NCBI GenBank assembly: GCA_043228905.1
Contig: JBHGNT010000005.1
Location: forward strand, 2,666,001 to 2,730,000
From: Azolla caroliniana
Taxonomy: Eukaryota > Plantae > Polypodiophyta
Reading direction: 5' to 3'
Length of the DNA: 64,000 nucleotides
Below, piece after piece: positions 63,931 to 64,000 of the stretch (its first letter is position 1; every line of letters starts with the position of its first letter). The notes below the pieces were generated by a model. The model was given only the letters and a program-made list of their open reading frames with translations. It did not search any database and was not told the DNA's origin. Position numbers and translations under genes: made by a program.

Positions 63931-64000
63931 TGCATATTGTCAATTGAAAGTTCACCTTTTCGTATTTAGAGCTTGTATGTAAAATCCATGAACTATTCAT

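Overview
Eukaryotic land-plant nuclear DNA: GT-AG introns, abundant microsatellites and a CpG-poor background. A seed-free plant such as a fern is a guess, not something the sequence shows. Six intact-looking protein genes, all on the minus strand, were reconstructed by hand: a LEA_2/NHL-type membrane protein, phytyl-phosphate kinase VTE6, ESCRT-II VPS25, a SUV3-type mitochondrial helicase with an intronless CDS, an AAGAB/p34-like protein and a BPP-like microtubule-associated protein. The window also holds a decayed epoxide-hydrolase pseudogene, one full-length L1-clade LINE with an 18-bp TSD, eight truncated LINEs, tRNA-derived SINEs, hAT-type MITEs and several tandem or segmental duplications. 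The most notable observations are: (1) an exact TAACTAATG motif near the 3' end of eight LINEs of otherwise divergent families; (2) the full-length LINE has open ORFs but a YADD-to-YAND change in its reverse transcriptase and an unexplained ORF1 C-terminal domain; (3) a roughly 2-kb unexplained island that is not CpG-depleted. No rRNA, intact tRNA, CRISPR array or prokaryotic system is supported, and I cannot claim a clearly new biological system. No database searches were run; family calls rest on motifs I recognise.
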